Shown in pieces: positions 10,151 through 20,930 of a stretch of 64,000 nt of DNA. A program made the position numbers and the translations under genes. The stretch spans positions 3,648,001-3,712,000 of the forward strand of contig OY759746.1 in NCBI GenBank assembly GCA_963662795.1, read 5' to 3'. Below the pieces are notes generated by a model. That model ran no database searches. It had not been told where the DNA came from and saw only the letters and a program-made list of their open reading frames with translations. Position 1 is the first letter of the stretch. The number at the start of each line of letters is the position of its first letter. The DNA comes from Spirochaetia bacterium (GTDB lineage: Bacteria > Spirochaetota > Spirochaetia > CADAEX01).

Positions 10151-10378
10151 TTATTTTACTTTTTCGATTATAACGTCCCATTCGCCGTCACCAACTTCTT
10201 CAACTTCAACATTGTGGCCATCAGTTCTTGCCCATTCAGGGAGATTTTTCATTGCACAGCTGTGATCTATTTGAACTATCAGGATATCCCCGATTTCAAG
10301 TTCTGCCAATTTTTTCTGTGCTTTTACGAGAGGTACCGGACAAGCTTCTCCCAGACAATCAAGTTCTACTTCTTTCAT
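10151..10378 (-). CDS. TusA/YeeD-family sulfur carrier
   Basis: LDCLGEACPVP (CPxP). Start moved to MKEVELD, which has an AAGGAG RBS. Confidence 0.9.
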   Translation of the reverse strand: MKEVELDCLGEACPVPLVKAQKKLAELEIGDILIVQIDHSCAMKNLPEWARTDGHNVEVEEVGDGEWDVIIEKVK

Positions 10379-10395
10379 TTTAATACTCCTTAATT

Positions 10396-11130
10396 TCAAT
10401 GACTTTGTTCCGCTTTTCTTTTGCCCCATTTATCAGCAGCAATCCATAAAAAAGCGATAATTAATAACTGTATTGTTACAGCCCCAAACCAACCGAATAC
10501 ATCGGGAAGGAAAACGGCTTTCCCTTTCATAATTACATTAAGCTGCCACCATCCGAAATCATGAGCAGCCCAAAGTGACCCTGCAACAAAAAACACTAGG
10601 GAGAGTATCTGCATTGCAAAGCCTTCGCCAACTCTCATCAGAGTACCTGATGCACACCCGCCGGCTATAACCATTCCTATTCCGAAAATTAAACCGCCGA
10701 GCACCGTTGCAAGACTTACAGGAACAACAAAACCCTGTCCCGGGATCGGCATACCATTAATAAATGCACCGTACTTTATCGCAGTAAATCCCAAGGTAGT
10801 AATTGCAAGTGCTGCAAGAACTGATTTTGTCAGATTTGTCCCTCCGGTTAAGTATGGATCCCTCATTGAGGCAGTAAAACAGAATCTTGTTTTCTGAAGG
10901 ACAAAACCGAAAAGATTACCTGTGATCCAGAAAAATGCCAGTGTTTTTGAGATAAAACTTAATGCAAAACCCGATATTACAATAAGCACAAGAATTCCAA
11001 GACCAGGCAATATTTGATCTTTTTTAGGTTTTCTCGAAGCAGTCCTGCTGCTTCTTCTTATACCTGATATACCGCCAGAAGCTGAAGCATCAGGCACAGA
11101 AGTTTTAGTGATGTTTTTTTCATCTCCCAC
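10396..11130 (-). CDS. YeeE/YedE (TsuA) sulfur transporter, N-terminal half
   Basis: GFVLQKTRFCF, GGLIFGIGMVIAGGCASGTLMRVGEG. Confidence 0.88.
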   Translation of the reverse strand: MGDEKNITKTSVPDASASGGISGIRRSSRTASRKPKKDQILPGLGILVLIVISGFALSFISKTLAFFWITGNLFGFVLQKTRFCFTASMRDPYLTGGTNLTKSVLAALAITTLGFTAIKYGAFINGMPIPGQGFVVPVSLATVLGGLIFGIGMVIAGGCASGTLMRVGEGFAMQILSLVFFVAGSLWAAHDFGWWQLNVIMKGKAVFLPDVFGWFGAVTIQLLIIAFLWIAADKWGKRKAEQSH

Positions 11131-11291
11131 TTTGTGGATCTCCTTTTATAAAAGATTTATATCAATTGCGTTATATGTTTGTATATAAATATATAAATGT
11201 AACAATGTTATATAAATAGAATACATGAAAATACATATATTGGTCAATATTCATTAAACTAGATTAGTCTAATTTAATGAATTAATAATTA

Positions 11292-11320
11292 TTGACAATA
11301 ATCTTTTTAATATCTATCTT
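11292..11320 (+). promoter_or_regulatory. Sigma70-like promoter for the U32 gene
   Basis: TTGACA (11292-11297), 17 bp spacer, TATCTT (11315-11320), 9 nt before the ATG. Confidence 0.5.
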
Positions 11321-11329
11321 TTTTAAATT

Positions 11330-12574
11330 ATGGAATTATTATCCCCTGCAGGCAGTATAGAGAAACTATTTTATGCATATGAATATGGAGCTGATGCAGC
11401 TTATATAGGACTTAAAAACTTTTCACTCAGAGCAAAAGCTGATAATTTCAGAAAAGACGAATACCTTGAAATTAAGAATATAAAAAAGAATAAAAAACTA
11501 TACGCGGCACTTAATATCTATTTTCATGATAACGACATAAAACACCTTGAAAGTGAAATTGAATATATATCAAATTATCCTATAGATGCCTTTATAATTA
11601 GTGATATTGGTCTTCTTCCTGTTATGAAAAAATATTTTCCCAATACTGAACTACATTTAAGCACACAAGCAAATTGTGTTAACACAAATTCAGCAAAACT
11701 TTACAGGGATATGGGATTTTCAAGGATAATTCCCGGGCGAGAATTATCTCTGAGGGAAATTGAAGCCATAAAAAGAGATGTTGATAATCTTGAAATTGAA
11801 GTTTTCGTTCACGGGGCGATGTGTCTGGCCTATTCCGGCAGATGCTTTTTAAGCAAATATCTTGCCGCCCGCTCTGCAAATAAAGGCGATTGCGCCCATT
11901 CCTGCCGATGGAAATACAGGGTTCTTGAAGAATCCGAACGGCAAGGAGAATATTTCCCATTGATTGAAGGTGAAAATTTCACATCTATCCTCTCTTCTAA
12001 AGACATTTGTATGATAGATCATATAAAAGATCTTCAAAATGCAGGTATTGATTCCCTAAAAATTGAGGGAAGGATGAAATCTATCTATTATACAGCAGTA
12101 GTTACCCGGGCCTACAGAAAAATGATTGATTATATATCAGCTGGCAATAATGATTTTGAGGGACGGAGGAATAATTTTATCGATAAAAATATAGATCAAT
12201 ATGTCAATGAAATTTATAAAGTCAGCCACAGAGAATTTTCAACAGGTTTTTACTATACAAAAGAAGATATTGAAGAATCTACTTATAAATCTTATATGAA
12301 AAAGTATAATTTTCTTGGTAGTATTATTGAATTAGTAAATAACACATCTTCCCCCAATAAATATTGTTATCTGCTTGATGTAAAAAACCAAATTTCTGTA
12401 AATAAAGAAATAGAATATATAGGACCAGATCTTCTTTATAAGATTGACACTAATTACAGTCTTTACGATGAAAATTTCAACAAAGTCGAAAAAACAGATC
12501 ATGGGAAAATTTCATATCTCGTAACTGATGAAAAATTAGAAACAGGATTTATAATTCGCGAAAAATATCATTGA
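11330..12574 (+). CDS. Peptidase U32 family protein (TrhP/YegQ-like RNA hydroxylase)
   Basis: ELLSPAG, HLSTQAN, HGAMCLAYSGRC, GDCAHSCR Fe-S cysteines, SLKIEGRMKS. Confidence 0.9.
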   Translation: MELLSPAGSIEKLFYAYEYGADAAYIGLKNFSLRAKADNFRKDEYLEIKNIKKNKKLYAALNIYFHDNDIKHLESEIEYISNYPIDAFIISDIGLLPVMKKYFPNTELHLSTQANCVNTNSAKLYRDMGFSRIIPGRELSLREIEAIKRDVDNLEIEVFVHGAMCLAYSGRCFLSKYLAARSANKGDCAHSCRWKYRVLEESERQGEYFPLIEGENFTSILSSKDICMIDHIKDLQNAGIDSLKIEGRMKSIYYTAVVTRAYRKMIDYISAGNNDFEGRRNNFIDKNIDQYVNEIYKVSHREFSTGFYYTKEDIEESTYKSYMKKYNFLGSIIELVNNTSSPNKYCYLLDVKNQISVNKEIEYIGPDLLYKIDTNYSLYDENFNKVEKTDHGKISYLVTDEKLETGFIIREKYH

Positions 12575-13064
12575 AAAAATATTTTAATAGCTTCTTTTCT
12601 AAATTATTAGGTGGATCAATAAATCTATATTTTTTATAGTTTATTCCACAGTATAAATAATTACGGACGTTTTTAACAATTTTTGCAGCAACAGGGTTAT
12701 TAGCAATATATTTATATGCGTAAATGAACTCTTTTAAGTTTTCAATAATAGTACTTTTAAATCTATCATACCAAACATGTCCAATATATCCATATTTTTT
12801 ATTATATCTAATTGCAAAAACACTCAATATCCACTGCATAATTTTTGACAAATTTACATTTTCTCCAGGTTTGATCAATAAATGGATATGATTATCCATA
12901 ATACAAAAGTTTTTTATTTGGAATGAATACTTTTTTTTAGCTTTTTTCAGTACTATAATAAACATCTCTTTTATTTCCGTGGTATTAAAAATAAATTCTT
13001 TCCTGTTAGCTCTCGCAACTACATGATAAAAAACATCTTCCTTTATTTTTCTTGGGATTCTCAT
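12549..13064 (-). mobile_element. REP-associated tyrosine transposase-like protein (Y1 HUH, IS200/RAYT family)
   Basis: YHVVARANRKEFIF, HUH motif MDNHIHLL, GHVWYDRFKS, catalytic Tyr in YIANNPV. Very AT-rich; no tnpB partner. Confidence 0.85.
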
Positions 13065-13099
13065 ACATTAATTAACATATGCAATTACTTTGCTGCTTC

Positions 13100-13138
13100 A
13101 AAACATGGATTAAAAGTTATACTATTAATCCATGTTTT
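13100..13138. repeat. Perfect 14-bp inverted repeat (hairpin) upstream of the RAYT gene
   Basis: AAAACATGGATTAA (13100-13113) and TTAATCCATGTTTT (13125-13138), with three more inner pairs AGT/ACT. Confidence 0.9.
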
Positions 13139-13219
13139 TGGCACAGGGAGCATGTAGATCTGATTATTTGAAACCTCCGTCCCTTTACTCAACTCAGCTA
13201 GGTAATAAAATATTTAAAT

Positions 13220-15088
13220 CTATTCCGGTTTATAAAGACTTTCCGGAACTACTCTAACCGCTCCTTTATCAGCAGATGTTACAAAGTATGAGTAGGCTTT
13301 AAGAGAATCAGAAATAATTCTATCACGGACAGGTGTATATGCATCTTTTCCTCTATTTTTTTCATCTTTTTTTCTTTTTTCTAACTCACTAACGTTGATA
13401 TCAAGATTTATTGACCTTGCAGGTATATCAATTTCTATAATGTCGTTATCTTTTATGAGAGCAATTGTCCCTCCCGATGCTGCTTCAGGAGAAATATGGC
13501 CAATCGAAAGGCCTGAAGTACCTCCAGAGAATCTTCCGTCAGTAATTAAAGCACATTCCTTGCCAAGATGTATGGATTTTATGTAAGAAGTTGGATATAG
13601 CATTTCCTGCATTCCTGGTCCACCCTTTGGGCCTTCATAAATAATTACAACAATATCACCTGCTGTTATTTTCCCACCCAGGATCGCATCACAAGCAAGC
13701 TCTTGTGAATGAAACACTCTAGCTTTACCTCTGAATTTAAAAAGAGAACTGTCTACACCTGCTGTTTTTATTATTGATCCCTTCTCGGCAATATTGCCAT
13801 AAAGGACAGCAAGTCCTCCGTCCCTATAATAACAGTTCTCAACACCTCTAATACACCCATTTTTATTATCAGTATCAAGCTCTTTAAATGTTGAGTCCTG
13901 TGAACCTAAAATAAGATTAAATACACCTCCAGGTGCCGACTTGGCATTTTCAAATGCTTCAGGCATAGCCTTAACACCTGATATATCATAAGCATCAAGT
14001 GTTTCGCCTAGGCTAGATGAATCAACTCTTTTTACAGTTTTATCAATGAGACCAGCTCGTGCAAGTTCAGAAAGTATCCTTATAATACCTCCTGCCCTGT
14101 TTACATCTTCAACATGATAGCTTGAACTTGGAGCTACTTTGCATATACACGGGACCTTTCTGGATAATTCATCAATGTCCTTCATAGTAAAATCAGCTTT
14201 TGCTTCCTGCGCTATTGCAAGAAGGTGAAGTACTGTATTTGTTGAACCTCCCATGGCAATATCAAGAGTCATGGAGTTCAGGAATGCATTTCGTGTTCCG
14301 ATTGAGCGGGGGAGAACAGAATCATCCCCAAGTCTGTAATAGCGGTCAGCATTTTTAACAATCTGCAGGGCAGCCTTTCTGAATAGCTCTTTTCTCCTTT
14401 TATGTGTAGCAACAATAGTACCGTTACCGGGAAGCGCAAGACCAAGCGCTTCATTAAGGCAATTCATTGAATTAGCAGTAAACATACCGGAACAGCTTCC
14501 GCATGTTGGGCAGGCGTTCCTCTCAAGTTCATCAACATCGCCGTCAGAAATATTTTTATCAGCACTCTGTACCATTGCATCGATAAGATCTATTTTTTTA
14601 CCTTTATAATTTCCTGCCTCCATCGGTCCCCCTGATACAAAAATCGCAGGGATATTAAGTCTCATAGCAGCCATGAGCATTCCGGGAGTTATTTTATCGC
14701 AATTACTAATACAGACAAGAGCGTCAACTCTATGCGCATTGCACATATATTCAACACTATCTGCAATTAAATCCCTTGATGGCAAGGAATAAAGCATCCC
14801 GTCATGTCCCATTGCTATACCGTCATCAATTGCAATTGTGTTAAATTCTGCTGCAAAACAACCCTGTTCTTCGATAATTGATTTTACATATTGTCCAATT
14901 TCATGTAGATGAACATGTCCCGGAACCATCTGAGTAAAAGAGTTGGCTATCCCAATAATAGGTTTACCCATCTGATTTTTTTTCATTCCATTTGCAATCC
15001 AGAGACTTCTCGCCCCTGCCATCTTCCTATCTTCCATAGTCAGACTGCTTCTCAATTTATTTTTCATTTGAACTATTTTTTCCATCAC
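13220..15088 (-). CDS. ilvD: Dihydroxy-acid dehydratase
   Basis: [57 protein letters not shown]. Confidence 0.97.
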   Translation of the reverse strand: MMEKIVQMKNKLRSSLTMEDRKMAGARSLWIANGMKKNQMGKPIIGIANSFTQMVPGHVHLHEIGQYVKSIIEEQGCFAAEFNTIAIDDGIAMGHDGMLYSLPSRDLIADSVEYMCNAHRVDALVCISNCDKITPGMLMAAMRLNIPAIFVSGGPMEAGNYKGKKIDLIDAMVQSADKNISDGDVDELERNACPTCGSCSGMFTANSMNCLNEALGLALPGNGTIVATHKRRKELFRKAALQIVKNADRYYRLGDDSVLPRSIGTRNAFLNSMTLDIAMGGSTNTVLHLLAIAQEAKADFTMKDIDELSRKVPCICKVAPSSSYHVEDVNRAGGIIRILSELARAGLIDKTVKRVDSSSLGETLDAYDISGVKAMPEAFENAKSAPGGVFNLILGSQDSTFKELDTDNKNGCIRGVENCYYRDGGLAVLYGNIAEKGSIIKTAGVDSSLFKFRGKARVFHSQELACDAILGGKITAGDIVVIIYEGPKGGPGMQEMLYPTSYIKSIHLGKECALITDGRFSGGTSGLSIGHISPEAASGGTIALIKDNDIIEIDIPARSINLDINVSELEKRKKDEKNRGKDAYTPVRDRIISDSLKAYSYFVTSADKGAVRVVPESLYKPE

Positions 15089-15110
15089 TCTACTCCTTTT
15101 TCTATTAGAA

Positions 15111-16394
15111 TCATATTTCTTTTACTGCTTTAAAAATTAGTTTCAAAAGTTCAGGAATTTTTTCAATATCTACAGACGAAAATGCAATTCGCAGATATTT
15201 TCCCGAAATTGAAATTGTACCTGTGGAATATTCTTCAAGAAGATGTTTTCGAAGCTTCTCAGCGTCTTTTCCAAGCAATTCGAATGTCATGAAATATCCT
15301 GAATTAAAAGGAAGAATCTTAAGAGGTACATCTGCAGGTATATTTTGAACAATTTCTTTTACTTTTAAATATCGTTCTTTCATCCGTGCTCCGGCAAATT
15401 CCTTTTCCTGATGATAAGTACCGCTTGAAAGTCCTTTTAATAAAAGGTTTTGCGTGATATTACAACAGCTTGAAACAGATGATCTTATAGCACCCATTGT
15501 TTTTTGCTGAAGGGCTTCATACTGCTCTTTGGTTATCCCCTTTCCTCCGTAGGTTATAAAACCTGTTCTGAATCCCCAGACTAGTTCTTCCTTTGTAGCA
15601 CCGTCTATTTTTACTGCCAGTATATTTTTATGAAGATTACAAAGTTTTCCGAAAAGAGATTCTGTAGATGTGTTTTCTTCAAAAAAAAGTCCAAAATACG
15701 CATCATCGCAAATCACAAGTATTTTGTGCCCATTTTCTGCAAGTCTGTTAAACATTGATATAATTTCATCAGACTCTTCTACAGAAGGTGAATAACCTGT
15801 AGGATTATTTGGAAAATTAAGAATAACGGCTGTTTTTTTATTTCCAGTTGATTTAATAGTATTTTCAAGGCCTTTTATATTTATTTTATCATCATCAAAA
15901 AACGGATAGTTGACAACGTTTCCCTGCCTCCGTCCCTCTATAATAAGCTTATAATTACCCCAATACATATCAGGCACTACTACACTGTCGTCTTTTTCTA
16001 CAAAAAGATCGGCGGCTATAGAGATTCCATGGGTAAGACCTGACGTTACAATTGGCAGAGAAATAAGAGAATCTCCGATTGAAGGATTTTTTTTAAGCAT
16101 CTCATCTTTCCAGATTTCCCTGAGTTTCAATATTCCTGCTGTAGGTGCATAGCTGAATATCTCAGAGGGTTCAAGCCCGCTGATATGTTTCATTATCGAT
16201 GGTAGAAACATAGGTTTATTATCGCTTGTCGCCATACCTACTGTTGCATTATATTTTTTAGCCTTGGCACCGGCCTCTGCAGCCTGTGAAACAATTCCTT
16301 TGGGAAAAAACATTCTTTTTCCAAGGTCCGAAAGAAGTGTATAAATAGTTGAATTATCAAGTACTGCATTAAGTTCTTTAACGATTGGTTCCAT
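15111..16394 (-). CDS. PLP-dependent class I/II aminotransferase
   Basis: [19 protein letters not shown]-lysine motif [16 protein letters not shown]. Start at MEPIVK, which has an AAGGAG RBS. Confidence 0.9.
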   Translation of the reverse strand: MEPIVKELNAVLDNSTIYTLLSDLGKRMFFPKGIVSQAAEAGAKAKKYNATVGMATSDNKPMFLPSIMKHISGLEPSEIFSYAPTAGILKLREIWKDEMLKKNPSIGDSLISLPIVTSGLTHGISIAADLFVEKDDSVVVPDMYWGNYKLIIEGRRQGNVVNYPFFDDDKINIKGLENTIKSTGNKKTAVILNFPNNPTGYSPSVEESDEIISMFNRLAENGHKILVICDDAYFGLFFEENTSTESLFGKLCNLHKNILAVKIDGATKEELVWGFRTGFITYGGKGITKEQYEALQQKTMGAIRSSVSSCCNITQNLLLKGLSSGTYHQEKEFAGARMKERYLKVKEIVQNIPADVPLKILPFNSGYFMTFELLGKDAEKLRKHLLEEYSTGTISISGKYLRIAFSSVDIEKIPELLKLIFKAVKEI

Positions 16395-16703
16395 ACAAAA
16401 CTCCTTCAAGCAAATACATAACCGTATAATATAACTATTTTGACAGATAAACTCCAACTTATCAATATTTATTATTATGCCGTACACATAAGAAGAGTTT
16501 TTATAATTGCAATATTTGCAATTATAAATTGACCACTAAAACAATTAAAAGATAATATTATCTTTACCTGTAGGACTTTAAGTAAAAAAATCGTCATTCA
16601 GTATTCCTGTTGGTGTTTGCGCATAATGGGGCAAAATATGATTACAGTTCATTAATGGCTGTAAAAAAGCTGACTGTATAATAAAAATATTTCAGGAGTA
16701 TTT

Positions 16704-18205
16704 ATGGAACATTTTGGTATTTTAGGACTTCTTCCTCCGTTTCTGACTATTGCACGTGCTCTGATAACAAAAGATGTAATTATATCACTGTTCATCGGGA
16801 TATTATCAGGAACTCTGATTGTTGCAGGGGGAAATCCTGTTGCAGCAGGTATGTCACTTACAGACTGGATTGCAAATTTTCTTGCAGACGGCTGGAACAT
16901 CAGAATTTTTCTTTTTTGCGGACTTCTCGGAGCACTTGTTGGAATGCTTTCAAAAACTAGAGATGCTTTTTCATTTGTAGACTGGGCTGCCAGCAAACTG
17001 AAATTTAAAAAACAATGCCTCCTCTTTACATGGTTTTTCGGCCTTATTGTCTTTATCGATGATTATTTTAATTCCCTTACAATTAGAACAGTTATGCGTT
17101 CTTTAACTGATAAAACAGGCACTTCCAGAGCCAAACTTGCATATATTCTTGACTCAACCGCAGCTCTTCTGGTATGCATTATTGCTCCAATTTCATCCTG
17201 GGTAGTTTATGTTATGTCGGTAATCAAGGATTCAAACGGGTTTTCATCACTTGGAATAGGAGGATAAAATTCTTTTTGATGAAATTAAATATGGCCTTCC
17301 TGCAGGTAAAATTGATGAAGAAACCAGAGGGGAAAATACCCGTCCAATGGATATGCTTTTACCAATAATGGCACTTATCATATTTGCTGTTGTTTTTTTC
17401 CCTTCAACAACATGGTTTGCTTGCCATTGACGGAGAATCAATTAAAAGCCTGCCTGATGCAGTAAAGTCAATTCCTCTTTCAACTGCATTTAATGATACA
17501 ATGCATCAGCCGCACTTATGTATACGGTGATATTTACTTTGGTTTTATCATATATATTATATTTCACGGAGATTTATTACAATAAAAACAGCTGCATCAG
17601 CGATTATTGAAGGTATCAAATCCATGGTTCCGGCACTCATTATACTTGCCATGGCATGGTCTATAGGATCTTTAATAAAAAGCACACCAGAGAACGGCGG
17701 TCTTGGCCTCTCTTTATTCCTGTCTGAAGATGTTGTTAACGGTGGGTTTCTACTATGGCTGCTTCCTGTAGTGGTATTTATAATTTCCTGTCTTATCTCT
17801 TTCTCAACAGGCACCAGTTGGGGAACATTTGCCATAATGATTCCCATTGTAATGCCCATTACAATAGCGCTTGCCCAGTCCATGAATCTTGATGGGGATT
17901 CATTTTTAAACGCAACACTGATACCAACAGGTGCAGTTCTTGGCGGTGCTATTTTCGGCGATCATTCTTCCCCGATATCAGATACCACTATTCTTTCTTC
18001 GACCGGAGCCTCATGCCCCCATCTTGAGCATGTCGCGACACAGGTACCATATGCACTTTTTATTGCGTTCATTGCTCTTGCAGGCCATCTTGCTTCAGGT
18101 ATAACAAAGAACTTATTTGCTGGTTTAAGTTTAACGATTATATTATTTATTGCAGGATTTTTTTTCTTACTAAAAGATATGGAACCAATAGCTGATAGAA
18201 TGTAA
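16704..18205 (+). pseudogene. Fragmented NhaC-family Na+/H+ antiporter or amino-acid transporter
   Basis: N-terminal piece 16704-17267 (FIDDYFN, DSTAA), middle piece ~17281-17430 (MDMLLPIMAL), C-terminal piece 17624-18205 (GTSWGTF, GDHSSPISDTTILSS), separated by stops and frame changes. Confidence 0.85.
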
Positions 18206-18225
18206 AAATTAAACTGCTTTAAACA

Positions 18226-18277
18226 ACCTGTCTGAACCGATAATGCTTAAGAAAGTGTGTTAATCCGGCAGGCAGGT
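18226..18277. terminator. Imperfect long hairpin between convergent genes
   Basis: ACCTGTCTG (18226-18234) pairs with CAGGCAGGT (18269-18277), followed by a T-rich run. Confidence 0.4.
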
Positions 18278-18283
18278 AATTTT

Positions 18284-20041
18284 TTATATTTCTTTATTGC
18301 TGAAATATAACCGGAAAGTTGTACCGATCCCTACTTCGCTCTCAACCTCAATCTTGCCGCCGTGAGTTCTCGCAACATGCTTTACAATCGCAAGCCCAAG
18401 CCCTGTTCCCCCTAAATCACGGCTCCGTGATTTATCAACACGGTAAAACCTGTCAAATATTCTGTCAATATTCTTTTTGGAAATCCCTGGGCCTGAATCT
18501 GAAACTGTTATTATAACATTATTATCAACCAGCTCTGCGCTTATATTAATAACTGTATCCGGATATCCATACTTGACTGCATTATCAATAAGATTGGACA
18601 CAGCCTGTTCCGCAAGAATTGGATGGGCAAAAAGCTCAAGTTCATCATCACAGTCAACAATAATTCTCATATTTTTCTGTTCTGCAATATATGAACATGC
18701 CGATGCCGAGCTGCCGATAAGATCAGTAACCGGAATAATTTCCTTAGTAAGTTTTACAAGTTCATCATCTACTTTGGAAAGAGTAAGAAGGTCCTCAATA
18801 ATTTTTTCCAGCCTTACAGCCTGCCTGTTTATTACAGAAAGAAAATTTCTGATGTCTTTCTCCTCAGAAACCCTTCCTGCCAGCAGGGTTTCCACATAAC
18901 CAATGATTGAAGTTACAGGTGTTTTTAATTCATGGGAAACATTAGCTACAAACTCTTTCCTCATTTTTTCAAGTCTTTTAATACCTGATATATCATTCAT
19001 AACTAAAAGTGCGGCATTCTTTTCTTCTCCCAGTTTTTCTATAAATGAGACATGAACAAGATAATAAAGCTGATCCTCTTCGTTAAGACAGACTATCTCT
19101 TCCTGGTATTTTCTGGTTTTTATTCCGTTTTTTACAATTTTCAGGATCTGTGTGTTTTTTAATATTGAATTTAACTTTCTTGAGCTTACTATTTTCTCGC
19201 TGTCAATGACATCAACAGCTGAGGGGTTAATCTCTCTTACATTCATATTTTCATCAAGAAGAATAACCGGTTCAGTCATGGTGTTGAGCATCGCCTGGAG
19301 TTCATTCCTTTGTGATGTAATGGTATTGATTTTATCCTTAAGCTGCTTACCCATAATATTTATGGATTTACCTAAATCCTGTAATTCGAAATTCCCTCCC
19401 TCCTCAAGAGATATGGAAAAATCGCCTGAAGCATAATGCTCTGCCACATTTTTTATTGAATTAATATGATCGCTCGTGTTTTTTGCTATTAGATAGGCAA
19501 AAATAGTTGCAAAAAAAAGTATAATAAATGTAGAAATAGCAAGTCTTATATATATAAATTTAACCTGACGCTTTATATCCTCAACGGAAATTGAAGTTCT
19601 TACGATAAGATTTCGGGTAGGGACCGGAATCGCAATGTAATACATCTCTTCACGCATTGTTGTGCTGTACCTTACAGATTTTCCTATAAAGCCGCGGAGC
19701 GCATCCTGCACCTCAGGTCTGTTAAAATGGTTTTCCATAACTGACGGGTCGCTGTGAGAATCAGCAAGAACACTTCCGGAATACTGGATCAGGGTAAGGC
19801 GGATCCTGGTCCCTGCAGAAGCCCTGAATGCAAAATCCTGTGCGTTATAAAGTGAAACAAATCCTTTTTCGGGCAGCATGTTTACTATTAAGTTACATAT
19901 TGTCTCCTGTTCTTTTGCAGTTTTATCATTTATTATCTGAACCAGCGTCCTTGTAGACAGAAAAGCAGAGACAAAAATTGATGCGAAAATGAGTATTATC
20001 TGAATTGTAAAAAACTGAAAGAATAGAGTTTTATTTCTCAT
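18284..20041 (-). CDS. phoR: Phosphate-regulon sensor kinase (sCache-HAMP-PAS-HisKA-HATPase)
   Basis: MENHFNRPEV periplasmic motif, EFVANVSHELKTP, NLIDNAVKY, RFYRVDKSRSR, GGTGLGL. Confidence 0.85.
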   Translation of the reverse strand: MRNKTLFFQFFTIQIILIFASIFVSAFLSTRTLVQIINDKTAKEQETICNLIVNMLPEKGFVSLYNAQDFAFRASAGTRIRLTLIQYSGSVLADSHSDPSVMENHFNRPEVQDALRGFIGKSVRYSTTMREEMYYIAIPVPTRNLIVRTSISVEDIKRQVKFIYIRLAISTFIILFFATIFAYLIAKNTSDHINSIKNVAEHYASGDFSISLEEGGNFELQDLGKSINIMGKQLKDKINTITSQRNELQAMLNTMTEPVILLDENMNVREINPSAVDVIDSEKIVSSRKLNSILKNTQILKIVKNGIKTRKYQEEIVCLNEEDQLYYLVHVSFIEKLGEEKNAALLVMNDISGIKRLEKMRKEFVANVSHELKTPVTSIIGYVETLLAGRVSEEKDIRNFLSVINRQAVRLEKIIEDLLTLSKVDDELVKLTKEIIPVTDLIGSSASACSYIAEQKNMRIIVDCDDELELFAHPILAEQAVSNLIDNAVKYGYPDTVINISAELVDNNVIITVSDSGPGISKKNIDRIFDRFYRVDKSRSRDLGGTGLGLAIVKHVARTHGGKIEVESEVGIGTTFRLYFSNKEI

Positions 20042-20054
20042 TATTTAAGGTTTA

Positions 20055-20753
20055 TTATTCTGCCTGAATTCTGTACCCGACACCTCTTACTGTTTCAATA
20101 AAACGTCCCTGACTGCCGAGTTTTTTTCTGATCCCGAGAATCTGCACATCCACAGACCGGGGAGTTACGGGGTAATTCCCCCCTTTTACTGCATCAATTA
20201 TCTGGCTTCTTGAAAAAACCCACCCTGGATTGGAAGCAAGAAATTTAAGTATCGCAAACTCGGTAGCTGAAAGATTAACAAATTCACCTCTTGCAAAAAC
20301 TTCATGGCGTGGAAGGTCTATGATAATATCATGTATTTTAAAATGTCTTTGAGCTGCAGGTTCAGTTCCAGTTTCATTTTTTCTCCTCATGGCAGCGTGA
20401 ACCCTGGCAATAAGTATTCGGGGGCTGAAAGGTTTTGTAATATAATCATCAGCTCCAATTTCAAGTCCTTTGACGACATCGGTGTCTTCAGAGCGTGCAG
20501 TAAGCATTATTATCGGTACATCACGAGTTGCAACGTTTTTCTTTAGATATCGGCAGACTTCAAATCCGTCGATTCCGGGAAGCATAACATCAAGAATTAT
20601 TATATCTGGATATTCACGCTCTGCAATTTCAATCGCCTCTTCCCCATTTTTAGCCTTGAATACTTCCATGTTGCTCATTTCCAGATTAAAGGCAATCAGC
20701 TCCCTAATATCATCTTCATCTTCGACAACAAGCAATTTTTGTTTTTTATTCAT
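20055..20753 (-). CDS. phoB: OmpR/PhoB-family response regulator
   Basis: REC domain (LDVMLP), GADDYITKPF, winged helix with RSVDVQI and ETVRGVGY; upstream of the phoR-like gene. Confidence 0.8.
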   Translation of the reverse strand: MNKKQKLLVVEDEDDIRELIAFNLEMSNMEVFKAKNGEEAIEIAEREYPDIIILDVMLPGIDGFEVCRYLKKNVATRDVPIIMLTARSEDTDVVKGLEIGADDYITKPFSPRILIARVHAAMRRKNETGTEPAAQRHFKIHDIIIDLPRHEVFARGEFVNLSATEFAILKFLASNPGWVFSRSQIIDAVKGGNYPVTPRSVDVQILGIRKKLGSQGRFIETVRGVGYRIQAE

Positions 20754-20930
20754 TACTTTTTTTTAACATATCTTTCAATGTTTTTCCACCTTATAGAATT
20801 AACTCAATAAAATTACAGGATTATTATTTATTTTATTTTTACATTTCGGGAATATTATATTATATATAACTGTATATTGACATTATATTTTTTTTATTAA
20901 TATTATTGATTGTTATAAAAGCCAAAAAAT

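Noticed and set aside
12549-13220. Complete IS200/IS605 element with TnpB and omega-RNA
   Set aside because: There is no tnpB ORF, the transposase 3' end overlaps the U32 gene, and no right-end hairpin was seen.
16490-16703. Lysine riboswitch ahead of the NhaC-family gene
   Set aside because: I could not find the conserved AGAGG(U/C)GC start or the expected helices; an Rfam scan would settle it.
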